Assembly: GCA_034723395.1 (NCBI GenBank)
Contig: JAYEOW010000029.1
Location: 1 to 64,000 of the forward strand
Direction of reading: 5' to 3'
Length of the DNA: 64,000 bases
DNA from: Candidatus Margulisiibacteriota bacterium
GTDB lineage: Bacteria; Margulisbacteria; WOR-1; O2-12-FULL-45-9
Made by a program: the position numbers and the translations under genes. Numbering within the stretch: position 1 is the first letter of the stretch; each line of letters opens with the position of its first letter. Positions 1 through 10,165 of the stretch are shown one piece after another. Below the pieces are notes generated by a model. It saw only the letters and a list, made by a program, of their open reading frames with translations. It was not told the DNA's origin and made no database searches.

Positions 1-597
1 GGGAAGGCGGATATGTCCCCCTTCCCCCAGGATCGGTTCGGTAATTAATGCGGCAACTTTTTTGCTTTTAAATATCTTTTCGACCGCTTTTAGGTCAGGC
101 TGAGCGATATAAACATTGGGCACTAACGGTTCATAGCCATCCCGGTATTTCATTTTTGAGGTAGTAATCGAGAGAGCTCCCAACGTTCGTCCATGGAAAC
201 AGCCTTTAATTGCGACAATCCCCGGCTTTTTTGTTGCATACTTAGCAAGTTTAATGGCCGCTTCAGTAGCTTCCGATCCACTCTGGCAGAGAAAGAACTG
301 AGGATTCTTAATTGGAACGATCTTGGCTAGTTTTTCAGCTAATCCGACATAAGTTTCGTATTGAGCGATGCCGACGCAGATATGGATCAGCTTATTTAGC
401 TGTTTGGTCGCCGCTTTTACAACATTCGGGTGAGCGTGTCCGACGTTACATACCGCAATCCCCGAAGAAAAATCTAGATACTTTTTCCCGTCGGTGCCGA
501 ACAAGTAGCAGCCTTTCCCTTTTTCGATCTCAAAGTCAGGAAAATACTTTCCTAATACCGGCGATAAATACTTCTTTCCACGACTAATAATACTCAT
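1..597 (-). CDS. Class-III PLP aminotransferase (GabT/ArgD-like), 5' part; runs off the window edge
   Basis: Not in the ORF track. Hand translation from ATG 597: MSIISRGKKYLSPVLG...GKKYLDFSSGIAVCNVGHAHP...QSGSEATEAAIKLA...FHGRTLGALS...EPILGEGG, which are hallmark class-III motifs. Confidence 0.9.
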   Translation of the reverse strand, partial: MSIISRGKKYLSPVLGKYFPDFEIEKGKGCYLFGTDGKKYLDFSSGIAVCNVGHAHPNVVKAATKQLNKLIHICVGIAQYETYVGLAEKLAKIVPIKNPQFFLCQSGSEATEAAIKLAKYATKKPGIVAIKGCFHGRTLGALSITTSKMKYRDGYEPLVPNVYIAQPDLKAVEKIFKSKKVAALITEPILGEGGHIRLP

Positions 598-640
598 ATC
601 TGATTTATTATACTCATATTTCATGATATACTTCAACCGT

Positions 641-2833
641 ATGAAAAGGTTTATCGCAATATTTGGCTGCCTCACCTTATTCCTCACCGCCGCTGTTTAT
701 GCTGATTTTTCCCCGGGGATCATCATGGTAAAGTTTAAACCGGGAGCAGTTGAGGTTCCCTCAGGGGTTGCGGCGGCGAAAGTTAGGGCGGTATCGGTCC
801 AAGCGTTGAATGCTAGATATAAGGTAAGCAGGGTTGAACAACTTTATGCAAAAGCGCTGGAGAATCGGCCCGACTGGACCCACCTTAAAGATTATTACGT
901 AGTGAAATTCCCTAAAGGGGAAAATGTGGCAGGAGTTGCCAGGGCTTTTGCTAAAGATCCAAACGTTGTTTCCGCTGCCCCCTCGAAAATATTTAAAGCA
1001 TTCGACACAACCCCGAACGATCCCCGGTTTACCGACCAGTATGGTTTAACGAACCTTCAATGCCCTCAGGCGTGGGACAGGACAACCGGCTCTTCCGGTA
1101 TAGTTATTGCCGTTTTAGATACGGGGATCGATACAGACCATGAAGATTTTGTGGGACGGATAGACTCACGCGGCTATGACTTTGTGAACGAGGATGCTGA
1201 TCCCGAAGATGACTATGGCCATGGAACCAGCGTAGCGGGTGTTGTCGGCGCAACCACCGATAACAGCAAGGGGGTCGCAGGGGTGGATTGGAGCGCGAAG
1301 CTCCTAATTATAAAGGTGCTGGATAATAGCGGAAACGGCTCGATGACCGATATTCTTCAGGGAATCGTTTACGCGAATTCATTGACGGTTGAAGTTATGA
1401 ATATGAGTTTTGGCCAGTATGTGCCGGATTCCAACCTTCAAACAAGATGCACCGAAGCGTACAATAATGGAGTTGCCTTAGTCGCCGCGGCGGGGAATGG
1501 GGATGTCGAAACGTGGAACGGAAACCCATCATATCCGGCGGGGTATTCCAACGTTTTAGCAATAGCCGCGGTAGACCAAAATGATGTCCGATCAGTATGG
1601 TCAGGAATAGATCCGATAACCGGAAGGACCCAGGCATCAAACTACGGAACCTGGGTGGATATCTCGGCTCCGGGGAGCGATATCTGGTCAACGGAGATGG
1701 GTGGGGGGTATGATTGGAGAAATAACGGAACCTCCTTGTCCGCCCCTTTTGTCGCGGGAGTAGCGGGATTAGTAAAAGCAGCTAACCCGGGATTGACCAA
1801 TCAGGAGATTTACGATCGGATAAAGGAGACTGCCGATGACATAGATTCGCTGCAGCAGCCTCAATACCAGGGGAAGCTGGGGAGCGGCAGAGTAAATGCG
1901 GCAAACGCAGTCGCCGGGGTCAATGCTGAAATAACCTCCCCACAAGACAGGGGTTATATTACTGGAACAGCGAGCATTTTAGGGACCGCGACTGGATGGA
2001 ATTTTAGCACTTATGAAGTTGATGTGTTAAAGAGCGGCACAGTCGAATCAAATTTAATTACCTCAAACATTTCAGTAGAATCCGGAGCGTTGACCAACTG
2101 GAATACCACCGGAAAAGACGGGGAATATAGGGTAAGGTTAAAAGTTTTTTCAAGTAACGGCAGCAGCGATGAAGCGAGCGTTAATGTTTTTGTCGATAAT
2201 ATACCTCCGGTCGCAAATATAACCGTGCCAACCAGCGGGGCTTCTGTTTCGGATAACATAACGATTACCGGAACTGCGAGCGACCAATATATTGACTATT
2301 ATTTATTGCAGTACGGAGAAGGCGCTTCGCCGACCAGTTACCAAAATATAACCCGATCTTATATCTCGGTTAGTGGCGGGGTGTTGGGGACTTGGGAAAC
2401 CGCGGGGTTAAGCGGGACCTATACTATAAAGTTGACCGCCTATGATAAGGTAGGAGCAACTTCTACCGAAAGTGTCCAGGTTGATATCCAAAGCAGCTCG
2501 ACCTCTGACAAGCGGGTGATTGCTCAAGCAGGGCTGCCTTTGACTTATGGGTTGCCGAATCCTTTTGACCGTTCGACCACTTCACAAATCACGCTGAACT
2601 ATACTTTAAATGGAAATTACGACGTGCGGATATTTATCTTCGACTTATCAGGAAATCTTATCTGGCAAAACAATTATACAGCGGGAGAAGATGGCGGTAA
2701 GTCTGGAGAGAACAATCCGAGCTGGAACGGGCAGGACATGTTTGCCGGCAACGTCCCGAACGGATTATATGTTTATCAGGTGACCTCCGGCAGTCAGGTA
2801 TTAGCCCGCGGCAAGATCATTGTCCTTAACTAA
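641..2833 (+). CDS. Secreted S8 subtilase with propeptide, Ig-like repeats and a C-terminal FlgD-Ig / T9SS type-A-CTD-like domain
   Basis: Signal peptide MKRFIAIF...AVYA; triad motifs VLDTG, GHGT, GTSLS; C-terminus PNPF...IFDLSGNLIW...WNGQD...NGLYVYQV...GKIIVLN. ATG 641 preferred over 623 because an extended -10 lies at 624-632. Confidence 0.9.
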   Translation: MKRFIAIFGCLTLFLTAAVYADFSPGIIMVKFKPGAVEVPSGVAAAKVRAVSVQALNARYKVSRVEQLYAKALENRPDWTHLKDYYVVKFPKGENVAGVARAFAKDPNVVSAAPSKIFKAFDTTPNDPRFTDQYGLTNLQCPQAWDRTTGSSGIVIAVLDTGIDTDHEDFVGRIDSRGYDFVNEDADPEDDYGHGTSVAGVVGATTDNSKGVAGVDWSAKLLIIKVLDNSGNGSMTDILQGIVYANSLTVEVMNMSFGQYVPDSNLQTRCTEAYNNGVALVAAAGNGDVETWNGNPSYPAGYSNVLAIAAVDQNDVRSVWSGIDPITGRTQASNYGTWVDISAPGSDIWSTEMGGGYDWRNNGTSLSAPFVAGVAGLVKAANPGLTNQEIYDRIKETADDIDSLQQPQYQGKLGSGRVNAANAVAGVNAEITSPQDRGYITGTASILGTATGWNFSTYEVDVLKSGTVESNLITSNISVESGALTNWNTTGKDGEYRVRLKVFSSNGSSDEASVNVFVDNIPPVANITVPTSGASVSDNITITGTASDQYIDYYLLQYGEGASPTSYQNITRSYISVSGGVLGTWETAGLSGTYTIKLTAYDKVGATSTESVQVDIQSSSTSDKRVIAQAGLPLTYGLPNPFDRSTTSQITLNYTLNGNYDVRIFIFDLSGNLIWQNNYTAGEDGGKSGENNPSWNGQDMFAGNVPNGLYVYQVTSGSQVLARGKIIVLN

Positions 2834-5800
2834 AAGTTCAGCGAGCCTTCAAAGGTCATCAGTGTGGCGACAAAATTATTATCAGAATTAGCCAGGTCCC
2901 GATAATCGACCGATTTTAGTGAAGCGATAAAAACAAAACTGGTCATGACCGGATTATCCACCGGGACATTGATGTTTAGGCTGTAGGTTTTGGTGGTCTT
3001 TTCTATATCTAGATTCGCGACCGAACCCGATTGCACCTCGCCGCCATTCTTTTCATCCTGCTGGTTGTAGATCAGGGTCCCCCACTCGTAGACTTTGTAG
3101 GAGACCTTGCTATCAATGATCGTTTTGATCCGTTCGGAAGGAGAGACGTTAAGGTCTTTGATAACCTTGGTTATTTTCTCATTGTAATCGGAGCTGAGCG
3201 TTAGGCCCGGATTGGGGGTAAAAGTTACGCCGAGATTTTTTGTCAGATTTTCTGTTTTGGTATCGATCTGGCTGCTGGTGTTAGGGTGGTCATTTTTATT
3301 TTGGTAGTTCTCAAGGGCCAGTCCTACATTTACCGGCACATTCTGGTGGGGGACCAGGCTGACCCGATAGTTTTGAGAAAAAGTATTAGTATCGGTTTGG
3401 ATCCCCTCGATGGTTCCCGATGGCCCGGTTTGGATATTTTCGGACTTGTTAAAAGTCGAGGTCAGCTTTATCCGGTCATGGGCGATAGGGTTCCAGTTCA
3501 GGCTGTAAGTATCTGCATCGCCGGTAGTCTTAAATTTCTCTCCGGTCTCAGGGATAGATTCGCTGTTCGAGCCGCTCCATTTAATATTTGTCCAGGAGTA
3601 AGGGGTGAGCGTGGCGTTAGCAGAGGTCCTTTCTGTCTTTGGATTAACCCCCCCGATAACTAATGTCGATTGTTCCTGCCGGTTATGGTCAAAGGAGGTG
3701 TTTAACTGGCTAAACGGGGTGAGGTCGCTATGGTAGGTTTCGTTCCTGGTTGTAATAACTTCACTGGTAGATACAAAGTTCTTGTAGTCGGTCTGTCCTT
3801 CGTGATTGATCAGGTTTACCCTGGCAGTCCATTTATCTAACGGCCCAAAGGTGAGGTCGGTATTAAAATTATAGGCGGTATCGATCGAACGGGAAAGATC
3901 TCTGGTCGCCTCCACCGAACTGGAATTTTCGGCGATCGTTTTTGGTTCGCTCTTTTGAAAATCATATCCGGCGGAGAACCGGTCGGTAAATTTCAGCTCG
4001 CCGTTAGCATGGATAAAATCGCTGGTGCTTTCAGAAAAACTGCCGCTGTCTTTCTCGCTGTCGGACTGTGAGAAAGACTTTTTACCGTCGTATTTCTGGT
4101 TATACTTCAAGGCCCCTCGCTCCCATTGGGAAGGGATGATATTTATTGAGTAAGTATCCTGCCGTGTGTCGCTGCTGTGGCTTTCTGAAGTAGTTGCAAC
4201 ATCATCTTTGGCCCAGTATTTCCGAAGGCCGACATCGATTTGTACGTTGCCATTTGGGTTTATGCCGGTTGAAACCGAATGGTCGTAGGTCCTTAAGAAC
4301 TTGTCCCTTCGGTTGGCCAACGGGCTGTTGTTCTCTTTAAAGGAATAGCTGGTAAAGAAAGAATGGAAATCTTCCGGCTGGTAGCGTAAATTATAATCGA
4401 GATACCTTGATCCCCGGCCGATCGAAGTCCCCCCCATGGGGGTAAAATCATAATCTATTTTTTTAGTGCTTCCGCCGATAACCAGGGAATCATTAAGAAG
4501 TTTTGTTTCGGCCCCTAATTTATAGGCATAGCCGACCTTGGTGGTAACCGAGGCAATTTGGCTTGAATCCTGGTAGTCGTAATCAATCCTGATCGCATCT
4601 TGCGAGCTGGGGGTAACATAATAAAAGGTTATCTGCCCGGGTTTTGCATAGCTTATGTAGTAATCCTGGTCTTTATTGATAAGGACATCATTGAGATAGA
4701 GTTTTTCGCTGTTTTCTATTATTTCAGTAGGAGAGTGTAAAGTGTAATTTTTGGCATCATTGCCGGAAAAGATCTCAGTGGTGGCTAGTTTGGCAATTAC
4801 CTGGTCGATATCGCTTCTGGCAAAGGCGGTATCGACTTTAAAAAGCTCGCCGATCTTAAAGCTGCCATCCAGTCCTACTACCGACTGGGAAATATCCTGG
4901 CTGGTAAACCCGGATGGGGGGACGTATTGATAGATGATCTGGAAGTTCTTGTTTGTATCAAGCGGATTATTGAATTCGATGTAGGGATTGTCCTGATGAT
5001 AGTTGATAGAGTAGCCAGTATCCCCCGCATCACCCTCGAAACTGGAATTGCGGGTGTAAGTTGTTATTTGGGACGACCCCTGGTCCCAGACCTGGACCGT
5101 TTCTGATCCGGGGACAAGGTTGCGGACATTTTTTAAAAAGTAAGGTCCCTGAGTTCCGTCACCCATGCCCGAATATCTGCCGACAATACTTTTATAGTAC
5201 GCATAGGTAACGACTATTTCGCTGGTGGCGCTGATCGACGCGGGGTTAATAAATTTAATCGTGCCGGTATCAAACCCGTCGCTCGGATCACTGCGATCAT
5301 TGCGGTAGGCGAGCTTTGCTTCGGGGGTTACGATGTAATCGCCGGCATTATTCGGATCGGATTCGGTTTTTGGGAATACGTAATCTACTTCACGAGAAAG
5401 AGCCGCCCCGTCTAATTTTACAATCACATTATAATTGGCTTCGCTGGTCGGGATAATTGGCTTGTTGGTAAGATACATTGTATAGTTATCATCAATAATA
5501 TCTTGTCCGACAGCGCCATCGATTGCGGTGGCGCTGTCGGCAACCGATCCGGCCTTGGCAGATTCTCGAAGATAAGTTACCCCTACCTTAAGTTCTTTTG
5601 GGTGTTTTGATTGGGGAATGGCTGGAAGGGCGGTCTCCATATATTGGTACTTGGCTTTGATCAAAGATGTTGTACTGATGAAAATACCGAAGACAATTTC
5701 GCTGGTCTGGTAATTTATCGTATAATCAAGATCACGCACAAACAGTTTGCCGTCTACTTCGATCCGTTCGCTTTCCGGCACGATATGTTGGTGTTTAAAT

Positions 5801-6927
5801 TGATATGGCCCGCGGCTTCCGATCCCCGGGATAGCTTCAGTTTCTGCCGAAGTTGTATGGTATTGATACTCAACAATTAATGGTTCTTCAGGCGAAGGGA
5901 GAAAGCGGGTAAGGAGCTTAATGTATCCCTCATTGTAGCGGATAAGATAATCTTCGTTTTTTCTGAGTTCCGTCCCCATAAAGGTGAGTTTTTCTCCGAA
6001 TTGGACGACCGGAATATGGTTTAACTGATATTCCCCCGAGGCTTCAGCCTCTGATCGTTCTGATTCAACGGTCCCTGAGATGGGGAAGGTCTGGCGGTCG
6101 GACTTGATAATTGGCTGGGGCCTGGGAAGGGGCCTTCCAAACTCTTCGGGATCGATCGTAAAGCGGGATTGGAATCCGAAAAAATCCCTTTTCGAAAGGG
6201 CCGGGAAAAAGAGATCTAATATATTTGTGTATTCATAACTGTATTTGAACTCATCCGCCGAGGTTAGAATTTCGTTGAATGTGACCTTTCCCTCAAAATA
6301 ATCGATCGTATAATCAACATTGCGGGTAAGGGGATTGCCATTCAATTCTACTGTTTCTGACCCTTCAACGATAGATCCGTGCCCTAAATTATATGGTCCC
6401 TTGGTGTTGTTCCCCTTTTGCGAAGTTAAATTTTGGGTTTGGCTTTTAAGTTTTGCGGAAGGGACGGTGGTAATATCATACCAACTGTCTTTAGCTGTCA
6501 GCATAACACCATTTAAATACTTTGAAGTTGAGGCAAATTCGTTCCCCGAAAAGTTCGCGGTAATATCGCCGAAGGTCAGCTCATTATTATAATATTTTAC
6601 CCTGACATCAAAACGGTCCGGCACTTCGGGCTGCTGCTCAAGATCGTAACTAACCGATAAGTTTTCCGAAAGCTGGCCCAAGATCCTAAGCTGTAATCTC
6701 TCCTGCCATGGGCCGCCGGTAAAGGTTGGATAGTATCCGCCCAGTTGAGTTAGCCCGCTGAAGTAGTTTTTGAGGGGAGAGACATCGGCTTTTTTATATT
6801 CCCACTTTTTGAAGCCGGAAATATCTAATTGAGGATAGGTTCCCTGCTGAGCGAAGACCATTCCGCTCGACAGCAGCCATAACGAGGCTGCCAAAGCGAT
6901 AAGCTTGGCGATGAATAACTTTTTCAT
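2830..6927 (-). CDS. Large outer-membrane beta-barrel protein, SprA/Sov-like
   Basis: Signal peptide; about six repeats of the type GPY.L.H..IV.GSE.V..NG..L.R..DY.I.Y..G.I.F; C-terminal half rich in amphipathic strands; ends in Phe (TFEGSLNF). Start overlaps the fabF stop (TAATG). Confidence 0.65.
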   Translation of the reverse strand: MKKLFIAKLIALAASLWLLSSGMVFAQQGTYPQLDISGFKKWEYKKADVSPLKNYFSGLTQLGGYYPTFTGGPWQERLQLRILGQLSENLSVSYDLEQQPEVPDRFDVRVKYYNNELTFGDITANFSGNEFASTSKYLNGVMLTAKDSWYDITTVPSAKLKSQTQNLTSQKGNNTKGPYNLGHGSIVEGSETVELNGNPLTRNVDYTIDYFEGKVTFNEILTSADEFKYSYEYTNILDLFFPALSKRDFFGFQSRFTIDPEEFGRPLPRPQPIIKSDRQTFPISGTVESERSEAEASGEYQLNHIPVVQFGEKLTFMGTELRKNEDYLIRYNEGYIKLLTRFLPSPEEPLIVEYQYHTTSAETEAIPGIGSRGPYQFKHQHIVPESERIEVDGKLFVRDLDYTINYQTSEIVFGIFISTTSLIKAKYQYMETALPAIPQSKHPKELKVGVTYLRESAKAGSVADSATAIDGAVGQDIIDDNYTMYLTNKPIIPTSEANYNVIVKLDGAALSREVDYVFPKTESDPNNAGDYIVTPEAKLAYRNDRSDPSDGFDTGTIKFINPASISATSEIVVTYAYYKSIVGRYSGMGDGTQGPYFLKNVRNLVPGSETVQVWDQGSSQITTYTRNSSFEGDAGDTGYSINYHQDNPYIEFNNPLDTNKNFQIIYQYVPPSGFTSQDISQSVVGLDGSFKIGELFKVDTAFARSDIDQVIAKLATTEIFSGNDAKNYTLHSPTEIIENSEKLYLNDVLINKDQDYYISYAKPGQITFYYVTPSSQDAIRIDYDYQDSSQIASVTTKVGYAYKLGAETKLLNDSLVIGGSTKKIDYDFTPMGGTSIGRGSRYLDYNLRYQPEDFHSFFTSYSFKENNSPLANRRDKFLRTYDHSVSTGINPNGNVQIDVGLRKYWAKDDVATTSESHSSDTRQDTYSINIIPSQWERGALKYNQKYDGKKSFSQSDSEKDSGSFSESTSDFIHANGELKFTDRFSAGYDFQKSEPKTIAENSSSVEATRDLSRSIDTAYNFNTDLTFGPLDKWTARVNLINHEGQTDYKNFVSTSEVITTRNETYHSDLTPFSQLNTSFDHNRQEQSTLVIGGVNPKTERTSANATLTPYSWTNIKWSGSNSESIPETGEKFKTTGDADTYSLNWNPIAHDRIKLTSTFNKSENIQTGPSGTIEGIQTDTNTFSQNYRVSLVPHQNVPVNVGLALENYQNKNDHPNTSSQIDTKTENLTKNLGVTFTPNPGLTLSSDYNEKITKVIKDLNVSPSERIKTIIDSKVSYKVYEWGTLIYNQQDEKNGGEVQSGSVANLDIEKTTKTYSLNINVPVDNPVMTSFVFIASLKSVDYRDLANSDNNFVATLMTFEGSLNF

Positions 6928-8168
6928 TAAGCGTTATATTTTTTAACGACCAATACCGCGTTGTGTCCGCCGAACCCGAAAGATTCCGATATGGCGGTAT
7001 TTACCGGCGCTTTTCGCGCCTGGTTAGGCACATAATCAAGGTCGCATTCCGGGTCCGGAACCTCATAATTGATGGTTGGTGGAATTATACCATTGTTTAT
7101 GGTGAGGACGGTAGCGATCATTTCTACCGCTCCGGCGGCGCCTAAGAGATGGCCGACCATCGATTTGTTCGAGCTGACCGGTATTTTTTTAGCGCGTTCG
7201 CCAAAAACAGATTTTATGGCCACTGTTTCATATTTATCATTAAGGACAGTAGATGTCCCATGCGCGTTGATGTAATCAACCTGTTCGGAAGTGGCCTTTG
7301 CGTCCCTAAGCGCGGCTTTAATAGCGCGTGCGGCTCCCTCGCCTCCGGGGGCGGGGGCGGTGATGTGATTTGCGTCTCCGCTCATCCCATAGCCCGCGAG
7401 TTCAGCATAGATCTTCGCTCCGCGGGATTTGGCGAATTCGAGATCTTCAAGGACAACTATTCCGCTACCTTCCCCTATAACAAATCCGTTTCTCTCTTTT
7501 TCGAATGGGCGGCTGGCATGTGCAGGATCATCATTTCTTGTTGAGAGGGCGCGGGCAGCGCAAAAGCTCCCCACCCCGATAGGGGAGATCGAAGCCTCTG
7601 TGCCTCCAGCAACCATCGCTTTGGCGTCCCCCCGCTGAATTATCTTAAACGCGTTACCGATAGAATTTGTTCCGGTAGCGCACGCGGTTACCACGCATGA
7701 ATTAGGCCCTTTTGCTCCGAGTTTAATAGATGTATAACCAGCAGCCATGTCGGTGATCATGTAGGGGACAGTGAAGGGGCTAAGTTTTTCCACCCCTTTT
7801 TCCAGCAGGATTTTTATTTGTTTTTCGAGGAAGTTGATCCCGCCTATTCCCGAACCGATAATAACGCCAACATCTGCGGCATTATCCGTAGTGATAGGCA
7901 GGTCGGAATCTTTTACCGCCATCATTGATGCGGCGATGGCGAACTGGATAAAACGGACCAAACGGCGTGCTTCTTTTTTGTCCAGGAAATCCGCCGGGTT
8001 GAAATCTTTGACCTCGGCGGCGATCTGGGATGGATAAGTGCTGGCGTCAAAATGAGTTATCTTTCCGACCCCATTTTTTCCGGAAATTAGATTGTTCCAA
8101 AAAGCCTCTTTCCCAATGCCAATTGGGGAGACGAGCCCCATGCCTGTAACAACGACGCGATTCGTCAA
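6927..8168 (-). CDS. fabF: Beta-ketoacyl-ACP synthase II
   Basis: [37 protein letters not shown] motifs. Confidence 0.96.
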   Translation of the reverse strand: MTNRVVVTGMGLVSPIGIGKEAFWNNLISGKNGVGKITHFDASTYPSQIAAEVKDFNPADFLDKKEARRLVRFIQFAIAASMMAVKDSDLPITTDNAADVGVIIGSGIGGINFLEKQIKILLEKGVEKLSPFTVPYMITDMAAGYTSIKLGAKGPNSCVVTACATGTNSIGNAFKIIQRGDAKAMVAGGTEASISPIGVGSFCAARALSTRNDDPAHASRPFEKERNGFVIGEGSGIVVLEDLEFAKSRGAKIYAELAGYGMSGDANHITAPAPGGEGAARAIKAALRDAKATSEQVDYINAHGTSTVLNDKYETVAIKSVFGERAKKIPVSSNKSMVGHLLGAAGAVEMIATVLTINNGIIPPTINYEVPDPECDLDYVPNQARKAPVNTAISESFGFGGHNAVLVVKKYNA

Positions 8169-9124
8169 CCCTCTACCTCCTCGACTTCTTTTACCAACTC
8201 ATTGATAATTTTAGCCGCGGGCCGGATACTCCGGTCCTTTATCTTCCAGACATTCTCTCCAGAAAAAACGACCCCGTTATCGATGTCCCCCTTCTGGGAG
8301 TTGATCAATGCCTGGATAATACAGTATTCAAGGGAGCAATTTTTAAGACAAAAATCGCAGCCAACCGGCTTGGGGGCTGTTTTGGTCAACAGCTTTTCGA
8401 TGAAAGCAGTTTTTATCGCCCGGCCGGGCAGGCCGACGGGTGACGGAATGATTACCACATCTTCTTTCCGGGCTGTTTGGTACCGTTGTTTATAGGAAAG
8501 GGCGGCATTACATTCTTCAGAAAGGACAAATTTGGTAGCGATCTGGACTCCACTCGCTCCAAGTTTGAGCATTTCTACAATGTCTTTACCATCAGTAATT
8601 CCTCCGGCGGCAATTACTGGCAGTTTGACCGCCTTTAATACTTCCGGAAGAATCTCTTTGATGGAACGATCGGTCCCCAAATGTCCGCCAGCTTCTTTTC
8701 CTTCGACCACGATTGCGGCGGCCCCACATCGCTCGGATGTTTTGGCCAGCCGGGCCGAAGAGACGATTGGAACAACGGAGGTCTTGTTGTCCTGACCGAA
8801 CTTAAATATATCTCGGGAAAAACCAGCCCCAACAAATATGAGGTCGATTTTTTCCTGGACGGCGGTCTTAACAATTCCCCAGAATTCCCGCGCGGCGAAC
8901 ATAATGTTGATCCCAATAATACCGCCCATAGATTTGGATCGGGCGAGCCGGATTTCATTGGCCAGCTCGTCAAAAGACATGCCCGAAGCGCCAATTACCC
9001 CGACCCCCCCCGCAGCGGCAACCGCTCCGGCAAGCGAACCAGTGGAAATCCTTATTGCCATCCCCCCCTGGATTATGGGGATCCTGGCGACAAAATCAGC
9101 AATTTTCAATTCAGGCAACTTCAT
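8165..9124 (-). CDS. FMN-dependent nitronate-monooxygenase-family enzyme (FabK/FabX-like) with a C-terminal 4-Cys cluster
   Basis: [32 protein letters not shown] and [13 protein letters not shown]; lies in the fab operon. Confidence 0.8.
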   Translation of the reverse strand: MKLPELKIADFVARIPIIQGGMAIRISTGSLAGAVAAAGGVGVIGASGMSFDELANEIRLARSKSMGGIIGINIMFAAREFWGIVKTAVQEKIDLIFVGAGFSRDIFKFGQDNKTSVVPIVSSARLAKTSERCGAAAIVVEGKEAGGHLGTDRSIKEILPEVLKAVKLPVIAAGGITDGKDIVEMLKLGASGVQIATKFVLSEECNAALSYKQRYQTARKEDVVIIPSPVGLPGRAIKTAFIEKLLTKTAPKPVGCDFCLKNCSLEYCIIQALINSQKGDIDNGVVFSGENVWKIKDRSIRPAAKIINELVKEVEEVEG

Positions 9125-9128
9125 TTTA

Positions 9129-9374
9129 TTACTTCTTTGCGTGAGACATGATATAGGTTACCGTGTCCCCGATGGTTTTTATCTTTTCCGCGTCTTCATC
9201 CGGGATCTCGGTGCTAAAAGCCTCTTCCAGCGCCATTACTAACTCAACTGTATCCAGCGAGTCAGCTCCCAGGTCGTCGACAAAAGAGGCTTCTCTCTTG
9301 GCCTCGGCCTCTGAAACTCCAAGCTGTTCAACTACAACCTTTTTAACCTGTTCATAAACTTGATTCTCATCCAT
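9129..9374 (-). CDS. acpP: Acyl carrier protein
   Basis: [21 protein letters not shown] 9374 preceded by a GGGGGTG SD. Confidence 0.96.
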   Translation of the reverse strand: MDENQVYEQVKKVVVEQLGVSEAEAKREASFVDDLGADSLDTVELVMALEEAFSTEIPDEDAEKIKTIGDTVTYIMSHAKK

Positions 9375-9390
9375 TAAATTCACCCCCTTT

Positions 9391-9430
9391 TTTAATTATT
9401 AATTGATTAATTTGATTAATTGTTAATTGT
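9391..9430. repeat. Degenerate ~7-nt-period repeat (ACAATTA on the minus strand) between fabG and acpP
   Basis: Minus strand reads ACAATTA ACAATTA ATCAAATTA ATCAATTA ATAATTA. Confidence 0.7.
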
Positions 9431-9431
9431 C

Positions 9432-10163
9432 TCATGTGTTCATCAACATCCCGCCGTTAACATTTATTACCTGGCCGGTAATATAGTCAGCAGCGCTGCT
9501 AGCTAGAAACAGGGCGGAAGCGGCAATGTCTTCCGGCAGTCCGAGCTTTCCAAGCGGAATATGTGCCAGCATATTTTGCTTAACATCTTCAGGAATCTTA
9601 TCAGTCATGGCGGTTTTAATAAAGCCGGGGGCAATCGCGTTTACGGTTATTCCGCGGGCGGCAAACTCCCGGGCCAATGTCTTGGTTAGGCCGATAACTC
9701 CCGCTTTTGATGCGGAATAATTCGCCTGTCCCACGTTTCCCATTTCCCCAACGATCGAAGCAATGTTAATGATCTTTCCCGAACGCTGCCTCATCATCAA
9801 TATGGCGGCTGCTTTAGAAACATTAAAAACGCCAGTCAGGTTAACATTGATCACCGTGTCCCAATCCTCTTTTTTCATTCTGATGAACAAAGTATCTTTA
9901 GTGATGCCGGCGTTATTAATCAGAATGTCGATCTTGCCCAGCTTCGCCTTGGCCTCTTTTATTCCGGCATCTACGTCTGCCGGGTCCACGACATTCATCT
10001 TTAGCGGAAGAGCATTCAATTCATTTGCTGTCCGGGTTGCCAACTCTAAATTAATGTCGGTTATAATTACTTTTGCTCCTGCCCTTGCAAAGGCGACGGC
10101 GATCTCCTTACCTATTCCCTGCGCGGCGCCAGTGATCAGGACAACACTATCTTTTAGATGCAT
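9432..10163 (-). CDS. fabG: 3-oxoacyl-ACP reductase
   Basis: TGAAQGIG, NNAGIT, YSASK SDR motifs; fab context. Confidence 0.95.
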   Translation of the reverse strand: MHLKDSVVLITGAAQGIGKEIAVAFARAGAKVIITDINLELATRTANELNALPLKMNVVDPADVDAGIKEAKAKLGKIDILINNAGITKDTLFIRMKKEDWDTVINVNLTGVFNVSKAAAILMMRQRSGKIINIASIVGEMGNVGQANYSASKAGVIGLTKTLAREFAARGITVNAIAPGFIKTAMTDKIPEDVKQNMLAHIPLGKLGLPEDIAASALFLASSAADYITGQVINVNGGMLMNT

Positions 10164-10165
10164 GT

